This document shows positions 14,101 through 24,282 of a DNA stretch of 64,000 nt, in pieces. Made by a program: the position numbers and the translations under genes. This stretch comes from Diadema antillarum (Eukaryota). The stretch spans positions 3,906,001 through 3,970,000 of the forward strand of contig NW_027271682.1 of NCBI RefSeq assembly GCF_040938485.1, written 5' to 3'. The notes beneath the pieces were generated by a model. It was given only the letters and a program-made list of their open reading frames with translations. It was not told the origin of the DNA and ran no database searches. How positions within the stretch are numbered: the stretch's first letter is position 1; each line of letters begins with the position of its first letter.

Positions 14101-17100
14101 CTCTGTGTGTATTTTGAGACTTGTTGTCATGTATTTTTCTCTTCTTCCTTTCAGTTGTTAGTCCCATAGATCCCTAGACTTTAGAGTATATGGCACAAAG
14201 TCTCCTATGTGTGAATGTTTCTGTGTTTGAGATTCTTGACATGCCATGCATTTGTTGGTGTTTTATTCCTTTTAACTGTTTTTTTTTCTTTTAATTTCTT
14301 GTGACTGCAGGTCAGACAGGCCTGGCCCTGTTCAAAGTGGACAAAGAGAACCCCTTCACTGGCTACAAAGGTCTGAGGAAGATGAATGAGCGGAAGATTG
14401 AGAGAGGTGTGAAGGTCAAAGGTGACGTCTACTTCAACACGGGGGACCTCTTGAGGATGGACGAAGAGGACTACGTCTATTTCATGGACCGAGTTGGAGA
14501 CACATTCAGGTACGCCTTGGAAGACAGCAGAGAAAGAGTAAAAATGATAGTGAAGTGGAGAGAGAATAACAGTTTGCATTTTCAAGGTTAAAGGGGATGG
14601 CTATTAAACTGATCAGTGGGAATCAGTGGGAATGCTGGAGGATGATTGTTCCAATCCTTGTGGGATTCATTTAAGAGTACATTATATATCTATTGTTGTG
14701 TGAACATTATTTGCTTCAGAATGGTCTCATATTCAAGTAATGTGCAGTTTAATGTTTCCAGGTTAGCATGCCTGGTCAGTGACGGGGCATTAAACTGCAC
14801 GTTACTTGACCATGAGACCGTTCTGAAGCAAATAATTTTCACACAACAGTAGATATATAATGTACTCTTAAATGAATCCCACAAGGATTGGAACAATCAT
14901 CCCTCAGCATTCCCACTGATTCCCACTGATCGGTTACTAGCCATCCCCTTTAATGCTACAAGTCATACTTTTGTTTTGCTTTTTTAAAGGTATCTTATAG
15001 AAAATGGGTTATGTCACGGACCGAGTCTGGATATAGTTGGGTCCAGTCTAGAAGAGAGGAGAGAAAAAGTATGGAGTGAAGTAGGAGAAGTGACAGAGAA
15101 GTGTGAAACATTTTCCCTTTTCTTAGTCCACGCCCTAGCTGTAGCAAGATTCACATATTTGTGGCTTGTAGCAATATCAAACAAAAGTACGGTAGTCCCA
15201 GTCCAGTTTATGTGTCATATTTTCTTAGTTATGAAAATATTATATGTTACTACCCTTATTATACATTTATTCATTTGTTTATTTATTTGTTTATTTATTT
15301 ATTCACATNNNNNNNNNNNNNNNNNNNNNNNNNNNNNNNNNNNNNNNNNNNNNNNNNNNNNNNNNNNNNNNNNNNNNNNNNNNNNNNNNNNNNNNNNNNN
15401 NNNNNNNNNNNNNNNNNNNNNNNNNNNNNNNNNNNNNNNNNNNNNNNNNNNNNNNNNNNNNNNNNNNNNNNNNNNNNNNNNNNNNNNNNNNNNNNNNNNN
15501 NNNNNNNNNNNNNNNNNNNNNNNNNNNNNNNNNNNNNNNNNNNNNNNNNNNNTGTAACACCTCTCATGTAGGGTGACAGGTTTGGGAGTAGTGTCTTCCG
15601 AGCTGTCTGGAAGAATTGGTCAATGAAGATGACATCGTAGAGAATTGTATGATGAGCATATTTGAGTCCCTGATTTAGGATGCCTCAGCTGTGTCAGAGT
15701 TGTGAAGTTTGAGCAGATCAAAGAAGGATATCCACACCGGGGATGGCCTGTTCATTTCATGTTGATAGGATCATATTTCCTCAGTATTTATGTGATTGTG
15801 CTATCCCTCTATGGATCCTTCAGGGCGATCATGACTTTTGCTGCTCAGAAAAGGTAGAAACAGTTTTGTTTCTGTTTTTTATGCCTCCGCCAACGAAGTG
15901 GCCGGAGGCATTATGTTTTCGGGTCGTCCGTCCGTCCGTCCGTACGTCCCTCCCGTTCTGTTTTTGTCGATATCTCAAGAACCGTGTGGTGGTTTTACAT
16001 CAAACTTGGTATGAGGGTATATCCTGGGGGGATAATACTTTGTTAGGATTTTAGGGTCACGGGGTCAAAGGTCAAAGGTCACAGGTTATTTTGTGAAAAA
16101 AAAAGGTTGAAAATTCATGTTTTTCTCCATATCTCACAAATGGTTCAAGGTATCTTCATGGAACTTAGTATATATGCTTGTTCCAATGGGCAGTGATTAT
16201 CTAGGGAAGTTGGGGGTCATGGTTCAAAGGTCAGGAGGTCAAAGGTCAAGGTCAACTCCTCAAAATATCACTACTTTCCTTATATTTATGCAATGCCTGA
16301 AGGTTTTTGTTTTGTTTTTAACTTGATGTATGCATGTATTACCCAATATATATTCTGTGGGAAGTTTCTTGCCAAAAGGTCAAAGGTCAAGTGAAAGTGC
16401 TGAATTGCACTTTTTCCTCCATATCTCAAAAGTAATTCAAGGTATCATCATGAAACTTACATATTTATGCATGTTCAACCTAACAGTGATTCTCTTTGGA
16501 ACTGTGAGGTCACAGGTCAAAGGCCAGGTTTAGATAATGCTATTTTCCCATTTGATACTGAAGTTATACTTTTTCTCAATACCTTGAAAATTACTCAATG
16601 CATAAACTTATAAAAGGGTCAAAAGTCAAGTAAAAATCATCAGTTCCCCAAATACCTGCACTCTGACATTTTAATCATTCATCCAATTGAACCTAGTTCT
16701 AGGAAAGTGAACATTCAGCACATTTGTGGCAAACCTGTCATTTTAATATTTTGCCAATTGTGTGAAACTGTCATCACACATTGTCAAGACATTGTACTAT
16801 AGACCTATTAGGAGAACCATGCATTATGGCGGAGGCATATCAGTCGCCGTAGCGATATATCTAGTTTTTTTTTAATTCATGTGATTGACTGGAAAAAGAT
16901 CTCAAATTGTTCAGGCTTCAGAAGTTTCTTGGTGGTCCTTAAATAGTATTTTTTGCAGTTATGTTTGTTCTTTTCTCTCTTTGCAGGTGGAAGGGTGAAA
17001 ATGTGTCCACGATGGAAGTCTCTCAAGTTCTCAGTTCTTTTCCGGCTATCATGGAATCCAATGTGTATGGTGTTCAAATACCAGGTAGGCTATATATTCA

Positions 17101-18186
17101 AGGGAAACTCCACCCGTATGTTGACTTCAGCATGTACACACGTCACTTTTGAAGAGATGCAATTTTTAACAGTTTTGATCTTATGCAACAGAATTCTTTT
17201 GCCACTACTGTAATATTGCCGTCTTTTCCATTGAAAATGTGCACGCAAGTGTATTTCTCTTGAAGTTGCAATCACAACAATATCATCCTTTGTCCTGTTC
17301 ACAAATTGAAGATCCTCCCTTTAACCTGTTGAGGACAGTTTGATTTTGCTACAACACGCATTTCCCATTGAAGCTTGCGCGAGTATACTCGGGACTCGTC
17401 CTCAATGGGTTAAAACTCAGCAAACCCCTCTAATCACAGTGCTTGTGTTTGCTAATAAGATGCTTTACACCCCCAACAACACAATGCAAGTGACTCCCGT
17501 TATATCGAAGTCCTCAGGACCGATAGTGTTCTGTTGTTGTATCAAAATTTTGTTATAACTGAAGGGAATTAGGCACCATAGACCATAATAATGGTAAGAT
17601 TGGGATCGTAGATTTTTGCTCCATTGTAACAAAATTTCTTTACAACAGTGTGCCCTGTATGTTTATCACAAAGTGATTGCATTTGCTGCAGAAGTTGATC
17701 ATCTTTGATGTACTGATTTTGAAGTGACCAAGTGGTTGCCCTTGATGTGACAGCTTGGTAGATATTGCATGAAAAGTGTGGCCTTTGTATTGTTTTCAAA
17801 CTTTCGTAGACTGTCGAGAAGTACCCATTATTATCCTCAAGAATAAGGCTTTCCAACTGTCCATTATGCACAATGTAGGCAAGGATGGCCGCGCAGGCAT
17901 GGCTGCTATTGTACCACATGAGGGCATGGAGGTGAACATGCGAGACCTGTATGCTCACGTCACCGCCCAGCTGCCGGACTACGCCTGCCCCAAGTTCCTT
18001 CGCGTCATGGCCCAGCTGGAGATCACGGGCACGTTCAAACACAAGAAGACAGAACTTGTCAAGCAGGGCTTCGACATGCACTCCATCAACGACGAGCTTT
18101 TTGTCATCGACCCTGTGGAGAAGGCCTACACCCCACTGACCAGCAGGCACATTCAGGTCATCATGAGTGGACAATCAAAACTTTAA
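4616..18186 (+). CDS. SLC27A2: FATP / very-long-chain acyl-CoA synthetase, paralogue 1 (SLC27A2/5/6-like), 629 aa, 9 exons
   Basis: join(4616-5111,6213-6422,7260-7418,8183-8307,12730-12930,13595-13688,14311-14509,16987-17084,17879-18186) = 1890 nt. All introns are GT-AG and phases are consistent (1,1,1,0,0,1,2,1). Motifs: AMP-binding [14 protein letters not shown]; PLYHSAG; [12 protein letters not shown]; GNGLR; YAATEGN; FATP signature [38 protein letters not shown]; TGTFKHKK; C-terminal SKL. Exact vertebrate orthologue not resolved. Confidence 0.93.
6213..6422 (+). CDS. FATP paralogue 1 exon 2
   Basis: acceptor cttgcag|; [13 protein letters not shown]...[10 protein letters not shown]; donor G|GTATT. 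Confidence 0.92.
7260..7418 (+). CDS. FATP paralogue 1 exon 3
   Basis: acceptor gcccag|; [12 protein letters not shown]...[15 protein letters not shown]; donor G|GTAAG; not in ORF track. Confidence 0.92.
8183..8307 (+). CDS. FATP paralogue 1 exon 4
   Basis: [42 protein letters not shown]; donor |GTTAG. Confidence 0.92.
8954..9210. mobile_element. Tc1/mariner-type MITE (TA TSD)
   Basis: ta-ctgtaaa ... tttacag-ta; internal cgcgaa motifs and a 27-bp tandem duplication. Confidence 0.65.
10727..11890 (+). mobile_element. Helentron-associated non-autonomous element (HINE/Pearl-like) with three internal repeats of about 330 bp
   Basis: Subterminal inverted repeat ctcacctgag (10733) / ctcaggtgag (11858); (CGTC)-rich tract after the 5' end; 3' hairpin gacccccgggtc; T-rich flanks; repeat marker ccaaacttggcaggtagcatccctag at about 10872, 11202 and 11541. 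Confidence 0.8.
12730..12930 (+). CDS. FATP paralogue 1 exon 5
   Basis: acceptor tgttcag|; RMDDGKY...GNGLRPEIW...YAATEGN...YPWIMR; donor |GTAGG. Confidence 0.92.
13595..13688 (+). CDS. FATP paralogue 1 exon 6
   Basis: acceptor atctcag|; [31 protein letters not shown]; donor G|GTTTG. Confidence 0.9.
14311..14509 (+). CDS. FATP paralogue 1 exon 7
   Basis: acceptor ctgcag|; GQTGLAL...FTGYKG...[11 protein letters not shown]...DRVGDTF; donor AG|GTACG. Confidence 0.93.
14588..14953. mobile_element. Near-perfect foldback MITE with TTAA TSD (Kolobok-like AG...CT ends)
   Basis: ttaa-aggggatggcta ... tagccatcccct-ttaa; arms of about 170 bp; explains the mirror ORFs [12 protein letters not shown] on both strands. 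Confidence 0.85.
15011..15578. mobile_element. Probable solo LTR spanning an assembly gap
   Basis: TGTCAC...GTGACA termini; flanks ggtta / ggttt (4 of 5 match as a TSD); interior partly N. Confidence 0.4.
15309..15552. other. Assembly gap (N run)
   Basis: Run of n. Confidence 0.99.
15877..16866 (+). mobile_element. Helentron-associated non-autonomous element (HINE)
   Basis: Subterminal inverted repeat atgcctccgc (15881) / gcggaggcat (16829); (GTCC)n after the 5' end; 3' hairpin gtcgccgtagcga then ctagtt; internal ggtcaaaggtca repeats. Confidence 0.8.
16987..17084 (+). CDS. FATP paralogue 1 exon 8
   Basis: acceptor ttgcag|; [15 protein letters not shown]...NVYGVQIP; donor G|GTAGG. Confidence 0.93.
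17321..17413. mobile_element. 93-bp piggyBac-type MITE
   Basis: ttaa-cctgttgaggac ... gtcctcaatggg-ttaa; internal palindrome cgagtatactcg; second copy at 19325. Confidence 0.75.
17879..18186 (+). CDS. FATP paralogue 1 exon 9 (terminal)
   Basis: acceptor atgtag|; [11 protein letters not shown]...[11 protein letters not shown]...TGTFKHKK...SGQSKL*. Confidence 0.93.
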
Positions 18187-18824
18187 ACTTTGGTCAAACA
18201 ATGAAACTTTCTACATGCATCATTAACTCGCTCCATCAGAGCATGTGATGCCAGGAATGCTCGACTGCTTTATGCAAGGTACACAGTAACTCAATTAGTC
18301 AGAATGGCTGCCACTTTTTTTTTGCCCTTGTACCAATGCATACAGTATTACATTGTAGAGAAAGTTGGGAGTCCATGTTCCTAGATTTCCAGTGATATAA
18401 TGTCTAAACAGTTTTCTTGTTTGAAATATCACTTTCACAGGGAAAGTCACAATTTTGAAATGATTCTGAATTGTGCTCTTTCACGAAAATCTTTACAATC
18501 TGAAGGGCATATGGGGTAGCAAGATAGCTTAGGTAATGAGATTTACAAACATGAGAACACATTGGGTAAAGATATATCTAAACCTAATCCCATGCTTTAT
18601 CAGAGCAAAAGGGTACATACAATAGTGCCAGACTTCAGCCGTGATCTGGTGTGTCAGTGTTTGAAATGTCATAGTGAAAGACAACAGATTTGAAGTTTGC
18701 AACTTCTCTGTGCTGTTGTTTGTGTATCTGTACAATGACAAGCATGCACTGAATGTATTTATGCATCAGCAATTGTGCCAGAAGCTACAGCTGGGGAGTA
18801 GATTGAACATGTGGGAAGTTACGT

Positions 18825-19072
18825 GGGGGTGCTGTGGTATAGTGAACGAGACTACTGACGTTCAAACACCGGTCCCGAGTTCAAATCCCACCAAGTGCTT
18901 ACATCCGTGGACAAGTTTTTCCAGGATGTCCCTCTCTACCCGGGTTCATATCAAATAGGTACCTGGTAATGCTAGGGTGACGGTTAATTGCAGGGCCCTC
19001 TGGCAAAGCAGCGGCAATGCTGAAGAGACTACCCTGGGTAGATAAGGCCATGTTATTGTATCATAATTATTA
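18825..19072 (+). mobile_element. tRNA-derived SINE
   Basis: A-box-like tggtatagtga; B-box gagttcaaatcc (18878); central ctctacccgggt...aataggtacctgg; LINE-like tail gctgaagagactaccctggg followed by an AT-rich end. Confidence 0.75.
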
Positions 19073-19324
19073 CCCTTGGTGAGCTTAAGAGTAATAGGAA
19101 ATATTGTGCCAACATGTGGATGAGTAAATCCATGCAATATATAAGTGTGTGAAAGTAGAAATGGATATCATTGGTTTCAGAAGGGGAAAAAACCCGACAA
19201 GAATCATATGTTTTCTCAACTCAGCACTTTTCATGGGCAATATCGCACGACTGATTACGGAATCAGACTATACTCTCAATGACATGCAAATCAAAATAAT
19301 GGTATGTGCTGGGTTTTTCCTTAA

Positions 19325-19417
19325 TTAACCCGTTGAGGACGGACTGATTTTGTAATAACACTCATTTCCCATAGACAATTGCCCGAGTATACTCGGGACT
19401 CGTCCTCAACGGGTTAA
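19325..19417. mobile_element. 93-bp piggyBac-type MITE
   Basis: ttaa-cccgttgaggac ... gtcctcaacggg-ttaa; internal palindrome cccgagtatactcggg. Confidence 0.8.
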
Positions 19418-20584
19418 TGTTTAAATTTCATGGCCATTTTTGTGGTTTTTGATTGTTCATCTCTTATTCTCTTCATTATACAATAATTATAAAGCAACTG
19501 CATTGAAAAAGTAATAGCTTGTGTAGTAATGTTTGTGTCTGTTGTAAAATTATCAATTCTGTTGTACTGTCTTCAAGTACTTACAAGTATTCTTTCGTGG
19601 AGTTGCGCCATATTGGCAAGAAGACATAGTAATTGGCAATAAGCTTGTGATGTTTTTAATATGCATATATGTGTAGTTATATCACCTAGCCGGAAGACCC
19701 AATGATGTACAATGTATAATGTTGCCAAGCTGTCGTGGTATATAAAGGCTAGTGGTTGAAAAAATTCAATTAAAAAATTTCTAAAACTAGGTGTGGTTGC
19801 AAAACTGCCCTTCATTTTGAACAGTATTCCTGAACAAGCACAGACAAAAACAGGGAAGAACTTGATCGAACATTTATTGACTATTTTTAATACTGTAATA
19901 GTGTACATATACAAGATGTCATTTCTATTTTACAAAATGAGATACAAAAACTAGAATTGCAAAGAACTTGTATGTAAGAATTGCTTCATGTAATTTTGTC
20001 ACATGTGTAGTGCAAGCTGTATTCCTTAGATCGTACCGTTATGATGGTAGTGACAAATCTTCTTCATATAATGTGAACTGTTTAAGTGAAATTTGTTTTT
20101 CTGTACACAGTTGACTTGTGAAACATGAAGTACATTGTCTATAATATTACAAACTCTCTGTGTAGGAAACTGCATTCTCCAGCACAAAGTAATAATACAT
20201 GTATATTATATTTTCTCTCTATTCGATTATTTTGAAATCTGAGTTCAGTTCACAAGATTGCAGATAACTTTGTGCCAATCGAGGCTCTCTTTGGACTTGG
20301 GTCTTGAGAAACTTGTTGCACACGATATACAGTAGGAGTCCAGTGGGCACATGTCTGAAAGAGGTGATCTGTATATTCGCTGGGTTAGATATTTATGCTC
20401 CAGACACAAGACTGTGACTGAAACAAGCTAAGAAGCTGTAATGATCCGGAGATTGTACCCTCGTGAGCCTGAGGAAAGATGTACCATAAGCAACTGCTGG
20501 AAAATGTTAAACATTGAAGAAATACACTAATGTATGCCCGGAAAGATATTTGACATGGAAGGACAAATAGCCCAAAGTTTTAGA

Positions 20585-21140
20585 TTGTTTGTTCGTCCAT
20601 AGTTTCATATGTCGCATCTATCCACATATTCATCTGTTCATATGTTCACACGCTCATCTGTTTTTCTGTTCATAAATATGTCACATACACGAATGTTCAT
20701 CTGTTTATATGTTCATATGCTCATCTGATTTTCTGTTCATCTGCCCATATGTCGCGTCTGTCCATTTGTTCATCTGTTCATATTTTCATTTGTTTATGCT
20801 CCTCTGTTCCTCTGTTCATCTGTCCATATGTCGCATCTGTCCATGGTATGTTTATTTGTTCATATGATCATCTGTTTTTCTGTTCATCTGTCCATATGTC
20901 ACATCTGTCCATGTGTTCATCTGTTCATTTGTTCATACGCTCATATGCTCATCTGTTTTTCTGTTCGTCTGTCCATATATCGCATCTGTCCATATGTTCA
21001 TTTGTTCATATGCTCATGATATGTTCATATGCTCATGTTCATTTATGTCCATATGTCACATCTGTCCATATGTTCACTTGTTCATATGCTCATCTGTTTT
21101 TCTGTTCATACGTTAATCATATTATGTTCATATGTCCATG
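20585..21140. repeat. Degenerate minisatellite (units of about 65-80 bp built from TTCATATG and CATCTGT subunits)
   Basis: Repeated ttcatatgctcatctgtttttctgttcatctgtccatatgtcgcatctgtccat; produces the spurious S/C/H-rich ORFs. Confidence 0.85.
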
Positions 21141-23786
21141 ATAGGACCACTTTGGGTAACCCAAACAACTTTGGGATGATGCAATGTTGACTAGTATGGG
21201 GATGGGTGTACAGAGAAGAACCAAGGCCACAAAGTCACGAGTCACTCATGGTTGAATAAGAATTCAAGTTTTGAATTTTGCACAGCTGCCGCGTAATGTA
21301 ATTTAAGTTAGCTTCAATCAAAGTTGGTCGAAGGAAAACAAGAAATCTGTTACAGCCGACAGTTTTTGAGATCAGGTTTTGAAATCAGGTAAGGTCATTG
21401 TAATGCTGAAACTCTGAGCTAGATACATATAAGGTCAGGGGTCAGAGACCAAGGCCAAATTTGAACTCTGAGATGTCACCGTGCTATAGAGAAACGTCAG
21501 ACACGAACACTATTCAACTAATGGACGTAACCGTATACTGCGACGTGACTATGAATTAGCATGAACGTACTACTAAGTAGATGTTGCAACTTCCAAAAGG
21601 ACAGAGGTCAAAAGGGAAAAACGAGGCATTTGGCAAACATGTCTATTAAAGTCAGCTTTTATGGAGGCAATCACTCACCATTACAGAGGACTCGTATGTC
21701 AAACCTGTCCCTTGCAATATCATGTCGATCTATGTCTCTGTTTCTGAATATATTTGCTTGTTTGTTTTGTGTTTTGAGGAAATATACCGAGACTGGATTA
21801 CGGTGTTATTGTGAAATATGCATCTGTTGTCTTACAAGCCATTGCTGGGGTTTTCGTTTTTAATGTATGCGCTCACTGAGACTATGAACAAAGGAAGCAG
21901 TCTGAAATTTTGTGAAGAATCAAGGCCTGTGAATACAGCGTCAAGGTTCGAGAAGTTTTACTTCATTTTTACGAGAATGTATTGTGTTCATCTTCAGTTC
22001 ACATTATATATCTGCAACATTGTACATAATATATTATGATAACTACTGAGAAGAAACCACCAGACTACGCGAGTAGACTGCGAATGTTGTACATGTATCC
22101 CGCAGGTAATTTGCATACTCTCCCAAATTAAAGATATCATTCCTTCGAAATAAAGATTTTAATGAAACTGAAACCATCCCTTGCTGTACATTACTTTCTG
22201 ATAATCTATTCTGGTCAAATAACTTTTGTCCTCATGATTAGTGAGTGGTTAGAGTCATAATACAAAGCCAGTGAGCGATAAATGGATGAATGAAAGATTA
22301 TTTAGGAATGTATTACCGACATTACATATCATTCTTGATGAGTTTGCGGACTTTTTTTTTCCGGAAGAGCAAGATAATAATTTACTTTGATGGGGGTTGG
22401 GTGTATGACAGAAGGAGAAAGACTTTTTTTTTCTTGTCTGAGTTTAAAGACTATAGTAGTATTCTTTTATCCTGTTATAGTCTGGATGCCAAAGTCAGAT
22501 TTTGAGCCTCGCCTTGTTTTACTGTCTGCCCGATTTTTGTTTTGTTTTTTGTTTTTTGATGGTTTTTACTCTATTTCGAGGGTACTGAATCCGAATCTAG
22601 ATGATGCAACTCTTGCATCATTGAGGGTTTTGAAATATTCAAAATGGCCACCAAAGTGGCCGCCATTAATCTGAAATTTGTATATTTTTTCTTATATGAA
22701 TAGTGGAAAATGTAAACAAAAATAAAGTTTTACCTTATTTGGAGGATGGCGAATCCGACATTGGATCATGCAACTTTTGTATTCTTGAGCATTTTGAGAT
22801 ACACGTACATATTCAAAACAAGGTTCAGCCTCTGACACCCGCACTATCAGCATAGATATTTGATTGGTGTTGCGTGGTGTTTAACTTTAACTTTGAAAAC
22901 TGATCGAGGGACCGCTTATCTTGGTGAACTTCAGCACCAATTGCGATGTTCTTGGTGTGTCTGTGGGTGCGTTTTTGTTTTGTTTGTTTGTTTGTGGGGG
23001 CGTACCCAGTGCAAGTGCGTATACCTGTTTCTAGCAGTGGTATGAGGTAAAGTGATGCAGACTAGTATAGTATGTATATGATAAAAGTTTATCTGCTCAT
23101 ACCTTTCATTCATGTTAAACTGCAGTTCTCTTTTTTTATAGAGCATTCCTCTAGTATCCATCAATGTCTCCGACCGTAGAAATCATTCAATGCTATATTT
23201 TTTTGTGTGTGATCATGTCCCCTGAGCTGACAGTACATTTCCATCTATGTATTATATATCTCTCTTTTTTACTTGTTTGCGTACGAGAATAGTACTACTT
23301 GAAGTGTTTACTGTGCGCTTACACCATGAAGACCGTTCAAAGTACAGACCCTTTTAGCTGAAGGAGACTAGATGAGAGTATGTGTACACTGTACGTGACA
23401 ATGACAAAACCGGTGCACTAGTCCTATAGAGGAGTTTGGAGGAATTTATAAGAACAAGGATTTAGCTGGAGTCGAATTTTACGCTTTTACATTGAGCTAG
23501 TTGTCAAGTGACTGCCAACAGTCACAAGAGCGTTTATCGATATCGTAATCGTGTAAACGAAATACAAGAGTGACCTTTAGAATCTCATCTTTAGGCAGTC
23601 AGGGTTTCTGTTATTATTGACCCCGCTTCAGCCGATGGTAAAACACTGGTACCCCAGTGGTGCAAACGCGCAATTTGACTTCCATTGGTGGAGACGTACC
23701 TGATGTATTGTGTTGAGGAAGCTTGAACAGGAGTTTTATCTTTCAAGCACGTGTAGATCGCTAAAAACTAAGGACAGAACTCTAAC

Positions 23787-24282
23787 ATGGCGTCATCTTG
23801 GAGTGCCGGCCAGAGGGCCGCAGCCATCGCAGCCGTGTCCATCCCATCTGGATATGCCTGGCTTCGATGGAAGTACCCGACCTTATTGTCTGACGTGGAA
23901 CAAATGCGCCGCATTATGAAGTTCTTTAAAACGCTTGAAAACCTTGATAAGGAGAGAATTTCCGTCCCTGAATTCTTCGAGAAGTACGCGAAGGAGACTC
24001 CCAACCATCCCTGCATCCTGTACCGAGAGGAATCGTACAGTTATGCCGACGTGTCCCGCAAGGCAAGCATGACGGCGCGGTGGATCAGCGGTTCGGACCC
24101 CAGCTTGAAGAAAGGTGACGCGGTGTGCGTCCTGCTACACAACGGGCCGACGTTTTTGTGGACGTGGTTGGGACTGTTGAAGCTGGGCGTCATTTCGAGC
24201 CTTATGAATTACAACCTCCGTGGAGCTACACTTCTGCACTGTATACGAACGAGCGAAGCCAAGAAACTCATCTTTGGTTCAG
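23787..24282 (+). CDS. FATP paralogue 2 exon 1
   Basis: [10 protein letters not shown]...KKLIFGS; donor G|GTTTG; 496 nt. Confidence 0.9.

Noticed and set aside
15090-15576. ORFs containing long X runs (also 57966-58461)
   Set aside because: They are artefacts of translating N gaps.
20749-21141. Cys/His/Ser-rich ORFs (also 34724-35050, 51708-51959, 62073-62443)
   Set aside because: They are translations of mini- and microsatellites with no splice or homology support.
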